Part shown: positions 38,101-50,060 of the stretch, one piece after another
Position numbering within the stretch: the stretch's first letter is position 1
Layout: each line of letters opens with the position of its first letter
Source of the DNA: Antedon mediterranea
Taxonomy: Eukaryota; Animalia; Echinodermata
Length of the DNA stretch: 64,000 nucleotides
Direction of reading: 5' to 3'
Assembly (NCBI RefSeq): GCF_964355755.1
Contig: NC_092677.1
Span: 6,656,101-6,720,100 of the forward strand
Notes under the pieces: generated by a model
What the model was told of the DNA's origin: nothing
Databases searched by the model: none
Seen by the model: only the letters and a program-made list of their open reading frames with translations
Position numbers and translations under genes: made by a program

Positions 38101-41100
38101 TCAAAATCCTTTTCATTCCTTTTTTTTCACATTTGTTTTTCAATAATTTGATATTAATTATTTTGATACAGTAGTTACATATGTTTTAAATATTTTAAGG
38201 TGTGTGTAAACAAGAGTGGGATAAAAATTAAAATTAGCCTAGTATATGCATACTAAATCTGCTATGTATTATGAAAATGCTTATGTTTAGTTTCCAGGAA
38301 ATTTTCATTCAAGCAAATTCCGCTTTCAAGTGTTGCCATTACCAATTTATACAAGGAGATTGATGATCAATGGTATACATTGGCAAAACGAACAAGCACT
38401 AAGGTTTAAACTTTATGGATGCCCATATTTTGGTCAGTATTTCTTGCATAAACTTAAAAAAACATTACTAAATTTTATAATAAATTAACCTTAACCTGTA
38501 ATAGTTGTCTTATTGGAATTGAAGATAATATTATGAAATATTAAAAAAGAGAAATCAAAAGTTACATTCAGGACCTGCAACAACATTCTTTATTTTTATA
38601 TTCCATATAAATGCAGTAATATAGCAACTCATTTTTGTTTTGTGTAGATGCGACAACAGATGGATCTACTACAAGTGCTTTATCTGAGAGTGTCACCTCT
38701 AGTATGCCTACTACCACTATAACAACAACAGGTGTAGATACAACAACAGGTGGATCTACTGCAAGTGCTTTATCTGAGAGAGTGACTTCTAGTATGCCTA
38801 CAACCACAATAACAACAACAGGTGGATCTACTACAAGTGCTTTATCTGAGAGTGTCACCTCTAGTATGCCTACTACCACAATAAAAACAACAGGTGGATC
38901 TACTACAAGTGCTTTATCTGAGAGTGTCACCTCTAGTATGCCTACAACCACAATAACAACAACAGGTGTAGATACAACAGGTGGATCTACTACAAGTGCT
39001 TTACCTGAGGGAGTGACTTCTAGTATGCCTACAACCACAATAAAAACAACAGGTGTAGATACAACAACAGGTGGATCTACTACAAGTGCTTTATCTGAGA
39101 GAGTGACTTCTAGTATGCCTACAACCACAATAACAACAACAGGTGTAGATACAACAACAGGTGGATCTACTACAAGTGCTTTACCTGAGAGTGTCACCTC
39201 TAGTATGCCTACAACCACAATAAAAACAACAGGTGTAGATACAACAACAGGTGGATCTACTACAAGTGCTTTATCTGAGAGTGTCACCTCTAGTATGCCT
39301 ACAACCACAATAACAACAACAGGTGTAGATACAACAGGTGGATCTACTACAAGTGCTTTACCTGAGAGAGTGACTTCTAGTATGCCTACTACCACAATAA
39401 CAACAACAGGTGTAGATACAACAACAGGTGGATCTACTACAAGTGCTTTATCTGAGAGTGTCACCTCTAGTATGCCTACTACCAAAATAACAACAACAGG
39501 TGTAGATACAACAACAGATGGATCTACTACAAGTGCTTTACCTGAGAGAGTGACTTCTAGTATGCCTACTACCACTATAACAACAACAACAGGTGTAGAT
39601 ACAACAACAGGTGGATCTACTACAAGTGCTTTACCTGAGAGTGTCACCTCTAGTATGCCTACTACCAAAATAACAACAACAGGTGTAGATACAACAACAG
39701 GTGGATCTACTACAAGTGCTTTATCTGAGAGTGTGACCTCTAGTATGCCTACTACCACAATAACAACAACAGGTGTAGATACAACAACAGATGGATCTAC
39801 TACAAGTGCTTTACCTGAGAGAGTGACCTCTAGTATGCCTACAACCACAATAACAACAACAACAGGTGTAGATACAACAACAGGTGGATCTACTACAAGT
39901 GCTTTACCTGAGAGAGTGACCTCTAGTGTGCCTACAACCACAATAACAACAACAACAGGTGTAGATACAACAACAGGTGGATCTACTGCAAGTGCTTTAT
40001 CTGAGAGTGTCACCTCTAGTATGCCTACTACCACAATAACAACAACAGGTGTAGATACAACAACAGGTAGATCTACTACAAGTGCTTTACCTGAGAGAGT
40101 GACCTCTAGTATACCTACTACCACAACAGTTGAATCTAATTCTGGAGGCGGTCTGGTTGCTAGTGTACCTCCGCTGAATTTATCTAATACCAATGCAGGT
40201 AAGTTCAACTAGTGGAGTATGTAGGCTGAAATATTTATACAACACCCTTCTTATGCTATGTATATGCATGTTTTCACAGACAATGTTCAGTCCCCTAACT
40301 GAGCCGTTATGAACAGGGAAGTCAGTCACCGCCAAATGTCTGCTGCCATAATAAAGGGAAACTTGTCCCCTGGTGCTACTTCAGCTCACCAACCGCCCAA
40401 ATTTGACCGATCCACTAGTAGCGTTTTCAAGTAGCCTTTCCAGGTGGTTTAGTAACTACATGGAATCCACTTCTGTTTATACAATACGCCAACGTAGAAC
40501 TGTGTTGATTTAGCGTGTTGTATAAATGGGCCCTAATGGTGTTTATTTCTGTTTCTTCCAAAACCACCAAATTTGGTACACAGGTTTTCCAATCAATCTA
40601 GCACCGATATTCATAAATAATGCTCAGAGGCACTTGACAAAGTTAAAGAGGAAATGCTTTATGTAAATACACATTTTGAAGATATTGACCTTTTCTTCCA
40701 CAATAAATTCAATTTATGATGGGCGTTAAGCAAACGGCTACTTAATTTACATAAGTTGAAATGTTGAGACATTTTCACTGAAAAAACTGATTATAGATGA
40801 TTTTGAGTTCAGTATGTTCAGAACATATACATTCCTATTTACTATAAATGGAGTACTTTTTGAAAAAAAAAATGATAACAAAAGAATTAAGTACCATTTT
40901 TAACCTTTCAGTAATTTTTCATTTACAGAGTTGTTGTAGTCGAGTTTATTTTGGTTTATTTTATTGTTCAAAATATACATTATATCATATTATGTTACTA
41001 TTCACAGTTTTTTCAAAGAAACATGCAGCTTTGCTTTTGCCCTTTACCGCAGCATGGAAATGAATTTTTAAGTGGAGAGTCAGGGGTGTTATGCTTGATT

Positions 41101-44100
41101 TTTAAATAGGAGATGGGGGCTTTAAACACCAATTATTTGAGCCACACACCTCTCACTAGTCTAGTTGGCCCAAAAATGACACCCTACACGAAGAAAAAAA
41201 GTGTGAGCAAACAGTGTGCTCGCATTGATTCTTGAAACATTTTGTTTGCTTTTGCTTAGGAGAGGGAGGAGATTTGGTATCTACCACAATTCCCTTGTAT
41301 GATCCAACAGATGCAGATGTACAAAAGATTATTGATCGATCCAATCAACGAAACAACGACTCGGGGGAAGATAGCATGGAGGAGGAAGACAACTCGGGGG
41401 AAGATAGCATGGAGGAGGAAGACAACTCGGGGGAAGATAGCATGGAGGAGGAAGACAATTCGGGGGAAGATAGCATGGAGGAGGAAGAAGAAGGGCAAAA
41501 AGCAAAAGCAGCTCCAACCATTCCTCCCCCTAGGCCATCAATTCAAAGTTTAATAAGCAGCAAAACAGAAGATCTTTCGTCCTGTGCAACTGCATTGTGC
41601 GTAAATCAAAGTGTATCCTCTGTTCATTGGGCGATAGAACAATCATCTGGTGACATTGATACAGAGATATTACTCACTTACTTCAAATTCATTGATACCC
41701 TTTTGAACAGCAGTCTGCCAACTACAAATGTAAGGTTTACTTTTACACAATTCAAGATACTCTTTCTTCTTCGAACTGGTTGCTGTATGAACTCTCCCCC
41801 AAAAATGTGGAGTAATTACGCTGTATTGTAGACTTTTGATAACTTTCCATTCATCTTATATTTATACAGTCAACCTGGGCTGGGCTAATAGTTCTGGATG
41901 GTAGTAAATTGGGTGAAAATGTCCTGCCAGCAAATTGTATATGTAGTCTGATGATTTTTTAAATTTTTGTTAACTTTTGATTTTATTTTTTATTTCTAGA
42001 CATTATTCCAGGTTCTAAAGAAAATAGACAGTCTATTGAATGTATCAAACCTACCAGTAAAACATTCTATTCAGGTAGGTTTACATGGTTTCAATAATGT
42101 TCTCATTTTCCAATCCATACACTAGCTTCTGTCTCTTGATAGTCGGTAGTACTAAAATGCTCTGATGCCAAATACTTGATCTTTCACCTCTCAATTGTTT
42201 TGGATATGCAGGTTGTACATATCACAAGTGTTACTTGACATACAGTACCATGTTGCAGACTTTTTTTGCCAAAGTACTCATATTTTATCAGCGTTTGCCT
42301 CCAGGTTTATTATATAGGCTGTCAGTAGTATGTTGTCTTTGGTGCTCCTTCAAGATATGAAAATATGGATCTTTCAGTTTGCAACAACGTGTTGCTGGTC
42401 GCAGCCTGGACCTGGAAATCAAACCTGTGTCGAGCGACAACACACATCCCAATATCTCCATATACACGTAATGAATTAACATGATGTTCTTAGGTCATTG
42501 GTTGTCAGTGGTTGTTGCAAATTAAAGATCCCTAATATTCTTTTGTTATTCTTCACAGGAAGATACCAATGTAACTAGTAGCCTTCTGTCAGCTGTTGAA
42601 AATGTAGCCATCAAATATTTCTTGCTTAAACCAAATGAATCCAGGATAAATGGTATCAACGAATTCAGTAAGAAATTTATATTCTGAGTTTTTTTATATT
42701 AACTCCTTCTTTCCCCAAAGAGAATACAGCCTAGTATTTCTGTCCACACAATTCCCTATCTTGGGCTGCCGTCACTGCCTCAGTCTACTTCCTGTTCCCT
42801 AATTTTGTATTAATTTGAGATAAATTGTGACTACTATGTGAAAGTTTAAAAGAGTTTCCAGATGTCACAGGAAAATGATTTTACTTTCTTTTAAATAAAT
42901 GTTCAATCCTTTTGTAGATGTGAGATGGGTTAATTTTGCCTCCAAACGAGGAGACACGAAGATGAACTTTACAAACAAGGAGGAAATAGTTGCAGAATTA
43001 TCTACTACCAGTGTTTTAGATGCATATGGTCAGTGAATCAATTGTGATCTTTAGTGGTCTCTAATTAGTCATTTTTTTCAAGGGTTAAGGTTATCTACTG
43101 TACATAATCCTTTTCATAGCAGGGCCGTAGACACCAGTACGGTTGGTAACTTCAACCTGACTACTTTTTCAAAAGTTTCCTTTGACAACCTTGTGGCCAG
43201 CACACATATTGTTCCTCTTGTATAGAGGGAATCACAAACAATGGTTATATTCAGGTGTTCGAAGGAAACAAAATTAAAAAATTCTTCCTATGGTTAGAGA
43301 TTATATAAAATCAGTATATTATATATCATATATCTCTACGCTTCCTTGTAACTTCCTTGATACTTGACCACAAAGTATGAGTGCAGACAAGAAGCTTGCA
43401 AAGGCAGAAGATGATATTAATTTCCTAAACAAATATAATATATATAAAATATTTTTTTTATAACACTATGTCCAGATTATATGGTTTCCATTGTGTATGA
43501 GGGTTTGCATCTCAATCAACCAAACAAAGAGACTATTGGTAGTCATATAATGTCTGTTGCCTTTGCCAACCAAAATGGAAACAAACTAAATGGTGGAATA
43601 CATCTTCAGTTAAAGCTGAACCTAGTAGGTTTTCCACTTCTTCTTCTTCACAAATTATAACATCAAATTTTACTTTCACTCCCAGCAAAGTATATATATA
43701 TATCACTGGGCAGTTAAAGGGGTTTATATGCCTGTTGAATTGATATATAAATTAATATTAGAAGAGATATCAATTTGATCTTTGTTGCACATGTACAGTA
43801 TTTACACTGAAAATTCCAGACTCTGCTTTTTCTAATTTTCACCGATTTTATTTCATTTCATACTTATAATATTAATTTTTGTATACATGGACAATACAAT
43901 ACATACACATATGTTATACTATTATTCTTTAGGTTGAGGATGTGTACACTATACCAACGTGTAATTTCTGGGATGTACATCAAAGGCAAGTATCAAGTCA
44001 TGAATGAATGGCAATTATGGTACCCAGTGGTGAGGGTACTTGCAGATAACACAGTACCATGTGTTAAGTTGGCATCAGGAAAAAGTGGTTAAACACCTGT

Positions 44101-47100
44101 GTGCTTCATACGGTTTGGTGCCACCAAAGGCTTCCTATAAAGATATACATTGATGAGTGGGTCAATGTTTTGAAGATAGACAGAAAAGCCCTACCCTTCT
44201 CTTCCCAGCACAATATAAAAATTGTTGCTCAATTAAAACTACAATTTCATACTGTTGATTTCCAATATTTTGAAGTCTAGATTTTAATGCTGTTTTCACC
44301 TCAACATTACTATATTTTCTCACTTGGTTATAAACACCCACCCCTGAAAGTTCTGGGCTTTGTTTGTAATTGTTATTATGACAAGTTTAATTTAATTTAA
44401 AATTTGCTTTTAAACCAGTGATTGGTCTGATTATGGCTGCCAAGTTATGTCATTCAACGATTCATGGGTCAACTGTCTTTGTAACCACACAACCTCATTT
44501 GCTGTTTTGATGCAAGTTTCAGAGGTGAAAAAAAATTGGTTTTAAAATAATCAAATCATAATCGTAATAATATCCTGATAATAAAGTGTCTAATGTTGTG
44601 AAATCTCAAAGCGCTGTACATATTATTACCCCGGTCATTTTTGGATTAAACACATATGGAAACATACGCCCATGTTGTAGCTAGTAATCAGTGCAGAGTG
44701 GGTTTTGACCTTACCATGCATCCATTTGTACACCTGGGAAAGAGGCAAACGCATGCAAATGGTCTGGCCTAAGAATACAAGCAATGCGACAAGCGTTTCA
44801 TCCAAAATCACAATTTCACAATCAGTACTTACTGTATCACACACACTCACACATTACCTACAACTTTATAATCAATAAATTGTCACTTTATAATCATAAT
44901 AAATTACAGTATATACCATTTTAAAAGCTAGCATTATTAACGCAATCCTAATTAAAATGTTTTCAGGTTTCTATTAGTGAAACGAATGAGAAGGTGTTAA
45001 GTATGATAACTCTCATTGGAGTCTCTATATCAATCATATGCCTGGTCCTTACATTGCTATCATACATTGTGCTCAAGTAAGATTTTAATTTTTATATACC
45101 TTTTTATCATACGCAATCTCATTAATTCATATCCCATTTTCCTAGGATAATGAAAAAGAGGGGTTACAATGCCCTCTGTAAATCAAATTTCTAGTTCAGA
45201 AGCAGCAGGTAGTCCTTCTGAACTTTGAAAGCCCCTCGATTCCCCCTAGTGTACAGTACAGGCCCTCTAGTGTACAGTACAGGCCTGTAGAAGTTATATG
45301 CCAATCTAATCTGTATGCCAATATCGCTTTGATTGGAGAAGCCTTGCCAGGTTGCAAGACTTTCAGCGCTTGTGATGATGAGTACAAATACATAAGTTGT
45401 TGGCAGTTCCTTTGGAATGTATCCTCTCACCCTGCTGTATCATACTTGACCTTTAGTTTAAAAAAATGTACTACTAGTTGAAAATATATTAAATGTCACT
45501 GTTATTACTTTACTTTAGGTTACTACACCAGAAAAACATAGCAATCCATGCCAATCTCGCACTATCGTTACTATTTGCTCATTTGATCTACATTACAGGA
45601 ATTGATGCTACGGGAAATAAGGTTTGTTTTAATCAAATCTGTTAACACCTATAAACTTTTATTTTATATTTTATCCTATTTTATTCACCTAGAGGCTTGA
45701 AAAAGAAAATCATGCAGTGATCATGTGAACAAAATGCATATGCATATACTGACCATGTGATCAAATGTAATGGATCATGTGTAAGACATGAAGAAGACAT
45801 GTATTTATTATAACAAAACTGATTTCCAAGAACTGACCATGTGAACAACATAAGATTGTCATGACTTTAACATTTTGCAATGTTTATTGCAAACATCAAT
45901 TATTATATCTTTTATTAATTTATATATATAATTTGAAAATTTACTTCTTTTCTACTTCTTTGTAGACTGTATGCAAAATAATAGCGATTCTTTTACATTA
46001 CTTCTTTCTTGCATCGTTTGCATGGATGATGATAGAGGGCGCTTACCTATACGTGAAATCCAGCCATGCTCATCGCAAACCACTGACTCTCCTACATTAT
46101 GCTCTAATTGGTTGGGGTAGGTTACATTATTAATAATTATTATCTTGAAAAAAATTGCATTTGGATCCTAAATATTATAGATGAGAGAATTTTTCTTTTT
46201 TGTTGATCCAATCAGTACTTTTCGAATGGTTGAAAAAAAGAAAAAATTGATCAGGGTTGTGATTTTATGTTTTAGTCAACAGTCTATCATTTTTTTTATT
46301 TTTTTTTTCTACTTTTAAAAATAAAAATAATTCTTTTGAAAACTTCATATAAAATATTTCTGCATTTTTCTTTAAAGTGTCACCACTTTTCATAGTTGGT
46401 ATAACAGCTGCTGCAAGATATAATGGATATGGAACACCTGAAGCGTAAGTTACAATTATAATCAATCAATACTAAGAATGCAGAATTGTACTACATTTAT
46501 AACAACTCTCAAAACAGCCAGAAAAGTTTGCAGAGCTTTTGAGAAACACTTGCCCTTAATCATCATTATATATTATATATTTTTATAACGAATAAGAAGG
46601 CATAATGTTTCAAATTAAGATTTAGAAATAATTTTTGTTCTAGGTGTTGGCTTGGCTTAGAGGATGGTGTTACATGGGCATTCGTTGCTCCAGTGCTTGT
46701 TGTTGGAATAGTAAGTTACAGTGGCTTACCATCAAATTTAATCATACAAATAAAGTCATTTTCCCTTGAATTCTTGTCCCTGTCAGTGCTTAAAGAATAC
46801 TAATAATACCTTTGTATCTGTGTACACAGGTCAGAAACATAGTTACCAAGAGAAAAACACTATTTACTTACGAAAACTTAGCTTACCAACTGAGAACTCA
46901 CATTATTTTATACATATTTATGACATGACTTACTTGTTTCTAGATTAACACACTTATAATGGTGAGGGTTATCAAGACGTTTAATTCACTGAAGACTAAT
47001 GCAGATAAAGCCAGGACACAGAGAATGAGGCAAGAACAATATGCAATTAGTATAGTTTTACAGGCACTATTTTATGTATAAAAGAAGACTTGTGTTATGC

Positions 47101-48789
47101 CTATTTAAATGAACATAAATATTCTGCACTAATATATCTTACTTACACCAGTGGAGAACTGAGAAAGAGTTCTACTTTTTGTATGGAATTTAGGTTGTAT
47201 AGCTTCGGCTGATAATTTTACAAAACAAGAAAAAAAAAACTTATGCTGTGTTCCTAACTAAACTAGGCCTACTCCAACCAAGTCCATGTTATGCATTTCA
47301 ATAAAAGCTTGGTTAATATTTGTATGCCATCCTAGCTTATGTACTGTATATAGAAATGTGCATGATACAACTGGTAATAATATATTTTTACTACTATCAG
47401 GGCAAATCTACGAGCTATTTTAGTGCTTCAGCCTCTACTTGGTGTCACATGGTTATTTGGAGTGCTGTCTTTTAACTTTGTTTGGGCGCTATCTTTCGTA
47501 TATCTTTTTGTCATCTGTAATTCCTTACAGGTATTGAAATAGTTTTACTTATTTTTTAAATATTTAAATTCTATAAGATAAAAAGACAGGTTTAATAAGT
47601 AAAGCTTCCGTTTTTCACTTAGTAACTATATCTTGGCTTAAGATTTATAAATGCCACCCTTGTAGGCCTACCATATAATAATAATAATAATAATAATATC
47701 CTGGATTTATATAGCGCCTAATGTTGTGAAACCTCTAAGTGCTGAACATTTTACCCCAGTCATTTTTTTGATCAAACACGTATGGAAACATACTCCCATA
47801 ATGCAGCTAGTAATCAGCGTAAAGTTGTGTCTTGATCTAACTGAGTTCCCATTTATACAACTGGGTGGAGAGAGGCAATCTTGCCTATTAGGATACAAGC
47901 AATGCGGCGAGAGTTGGATTCGAACCTCAATCTCACGATCAGTAGTCAAAACACAATGTGTCACACCCTTTAATGCGCCACACCCTTTAATGCGCCACAC
48001 CCTTTAATGCGCCACACCCTTTAATGCGCCACACGCCCATCATTATATTGCTTTGTTTTCTACTTTTAGGGAGCATTCATTTTTCTGCTTCATTGTGTCA
48101 TGAATGATGAGGTAAACCAAACGTTTTAATGTATTCAGTATCATAGAGATACTATAAATAACTGCTACTGTGAACAATGCCAACAGCACTCCTAAAATGG
48201 CCGCTAAATCACTGCTGAAATATATTGTGTAAAATCATCTTTTAATGACTTTCTAGAGGGCTTGAAACATTTTAGTAAAATTCCATGATGATGGAGGAAA
48301 TGTATGAACCCTGATTTAAAGTCTGACGAAAGAAATGGCTAATTTTAGGCACAATGTCATTTACTTACTCTAAAGCTAAAAGTTTTCCTACATTTCGATC
48401 ATATTTAGGACCTTTTTATGTTTCAGGTTCGGAAAGCTGCTTTTAATCGTCTCAACAGATTTATAGCAATTCGTCGTGGACATCATGGCGTCCACCCAAC
48501 AACAAATAGTTCATCTACTGGCACAACAGGTACGAAGTGTAATGTAATAATGAAGTTGAGTGAAAGAGTGGTTAAGGCAGGAGCGCGCAGACAATAAGCC
48601 ATGAAATTGGCACAGGTTCAAAGCAGTCAGATCCACGCCGCTTAACAGACCACAAAGAATAATAATAAAAAAAAAAAATTAACTTTTTCACACTAAAGGC
48701 CAATGACAATGATTTTGGGGCACCATAGTAATTTTATGTGAATTATTAATTTCTTTATAGGATTGAAACGGACAACAACCAGCTGGTAA
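32137..48789 (+). CDS. Adhesion G protein-coupled receptor (SP, PAN x2, EGF, F5/8C discoidin, mucin repeats, acidic repeats, GAIN/GPS, 7TM)
   Basis: Exons: 32137-32220, 32921-33173, 33453-33668, 34244-34342, 37025-37206, 37770-37892, 38291-38432, 38648-40198, 41260-41729, 42000-42074, 42559-42667, 42918-43028, 43476-43624, 43933-43985 (GC donor), 44419-44524, 44967-45076, 45519-45621, 45966-46116, 46378-46444, 46644-46710, 46944-47029 (GC donor), 47401-47530, 48070-48111, 48427-48529, 48761-48789. GPS: CNFW..WSDYGC..CLCNHTTSFAVLM. 7TM motifs IHANL, LHYFFLASFAWMMIEG, CWL, PLLGVTW, NSLQGAFIF. Confidence 0.9.
32412..32530 (-). mobile_element. tRNA-SINE central fragment
   Basis: CCAGGTACCCATTTACACCTG..GAGA motif, shared with the SINEs at 44560 and 47675. 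Confidence 0.5.
33747..34072. mobile_element. Kolobok-like MITE, short subfamily
   Basis: AAGATGTATTGCCCC...GGGGACAATACATCT-TTAA. Confidence 0.8.
34585..36810 (-). mobile_element. 5'-truncated, frameshifted Rex1/Babar-like LINE in a GPCR intron
   Basis: RT fragments NNKPWIT, DLRPVALTS, DPMQFAY, PQGTVLAP.LFTLYTSD, RFADDTA, YKYLG. 3' AATAAA followed by a (TTGATAC)n tail. Confidence 0.9.
37593..37732. mobile_element. Palindromic Harbinger-like MITE
   Basis: TAA-AGTTCTTTCTACACTATCAAACT...AGTTTGATACTATAGACAGAGCT-TAA, giving a TAA TSD. Confidence 0.8.
38650..40128 (+). repeat. Coding VNTR, 17 copies of a ~90-bp Ser/Thr mucin repeat
   Basis: Unit approximately GGSTTSAL(S/P)E(S/R)VTSSMPTTTITTTGVDTTT, within a single 1551-nt exon. 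Confidence 0.95.
41358..41492 (+). repeat. Coding 33-bp repeat x4, (N/D)SGEDSMEEE(D/E)
   Basis: AACTCGGGGGAAGATAGCATGGAGGAGGAAGAC tandem in the GPCR exon 41260-41729. Confidence 0.95.
44560..44850 (-). mobile_element. tRNA-derived SINE with L2-type tail (diverged copy)
   Basis: Shares TTACCCCGGTCA..AAACACATATGGAAACATAC..GCTAGTAATCAG with 47675-48038 and 27931-28040. Confidence 0.7.
47675..48038 (-). mobile_element. tRNA-derived SINE with L2-type tail and tandemly amplified 5' head
   Basis: Minus strand: A-box-like TGGCGCA, B-box GGTTCGAATCC, core CTCTCCACCCAGTTGTATAAATGGG, tail GCGCTATATAAAT..(ATT)n. A 17-bp unit is repeated 4 times at 47962-48030. Confidence 0.8.
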
Positions 48790-49222
48790 AAATCTATGGA
48801 AATGCAGACAAATTATTCATCTTTATGGAAAGAAATGAAAGCAATTGTACAGAGAATATATATCTCTTTTAAGTATTTATTTACTGTATTTTTTTCACAG
48901 TAAAACAATAATACTGATATAAATGAAGATACAATATATTATAATTACACTGACGACAATATATTTTTTAGACTGCTTTTGTTCACTCACTGCTTGATAT
49001 CCTAAATGTAGAAAATAATCACCTAGTGTTTACCCATCATGCTTAGGGGCCTTTAAATTGCACTATATAACACTTTTGGGACATCTGGTCATTGTGAGGA
49101 CATTTTTATAAGTACTGTATGGTACTAAGTATGGTACTATACCTAATTTTGTTTCATCCTCGGACCCTCAAAGACTATCAGTTTATAATTTATAACAATA
49201 ATGTATAAATAAAAAACTGTAC

Positions 49223-49517
49223 TTAAAGAACAACTTGACAATCGCGAGATTAAGGATATCGCTGTACAGCCGTCGCCGTAAATTACTGTGACGTCACAAG
49301 TGCATCGCAAAATCTACTTAATGAGTCCAGATAAGCAAAAGAAACAATAAAAAAAAATCAAAATTTATATACAAAGTGTTTACTACGTCACAGCAATATA
49401 CGGAGATGTCTGTGCGGCGAGCGCGTGCGGCGATATCCTTAATCTCGCGATGGTTCTGAAATCATATGTACATCCCTAATACGTTAAAATATAGTCCTCG
49501 GTCAAGTTGTCCTTTAA
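49223..49517. mobile_element. TTAA-flanked MITE containing an inner inverted repeat
   Basis: Outer TTAA-AGAACAACTTGAC / GTCAAGTTGTCCT-TTAA. Inner IR ATCGCGAGATTAAGGATATCGC (49241) / GCGATATCCTTAATCTCGCGAT (ends 49451). Confidence 0.75.
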
Positions 49518-50060
49518 TATCTCGTTCATACTGTACTTATTGGTGCTACTGCACTTTCGCACCTACGATTTTCTGGTTCTGGTCAGAGCAACCAGTGTTT
49601 GAAACCTGAATTTAAAGCGAGTATGTGCTAAAGTTCAGTAGTGTTGTACTGCTTCAAAAAGTTAAAAAACATTTATTTATTGAATAATCGTAGGGAAGGG
49701 TCTTCTCTAGAAGAAATCAAGTTTCTTGTCTCTATTAATTACGTGTTGAGCACATGATGGTTTGTAAAATACCTTAGTGAACATAAGAGTTCTTTTATGA
49801 TATCATAATAATCGAGTCGCCGAGTAGTTAAGACAGCGGCACCACAGAACATAGAAGTCATAGGATTTTAAGCTTCTCTGTTGCCATAGTGATAGAACTC
49901 AGAAGTGTACTGAACATTGGAACAGTTTTTTTCCTGCCACTGTCATATTGACATTTACAATAACACATTCTTTTTGGCCACTCATGTTTAAGAATAACAT
50001 AATTGTTCATCACAGTTTGTTTAGCTTCTGATAGATTGTAACTTAATCATTAATACGTGT

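Noticed and set aside
38568-40208. 546-aa Val-rich minus-strand ORF
   Set aside because: Antisense shadow of the Thr/Ser mucin repeat. The + frame has proper splice sites and fits the GPCR.
41256-41553. Repetitive ORFs in other frames (PPPCYL, GKIAWRRK, LLHAIFP)
   Set aside because: Alternative frames of the 33-bp coding repeat.
48560-48650. tRNA-like GTGGTTAAGGC...GGTTCAAA (a similar one lies near 49815)
   Set aside because: No cloverleaf; degraded SINE heads rather than tRNA genes.
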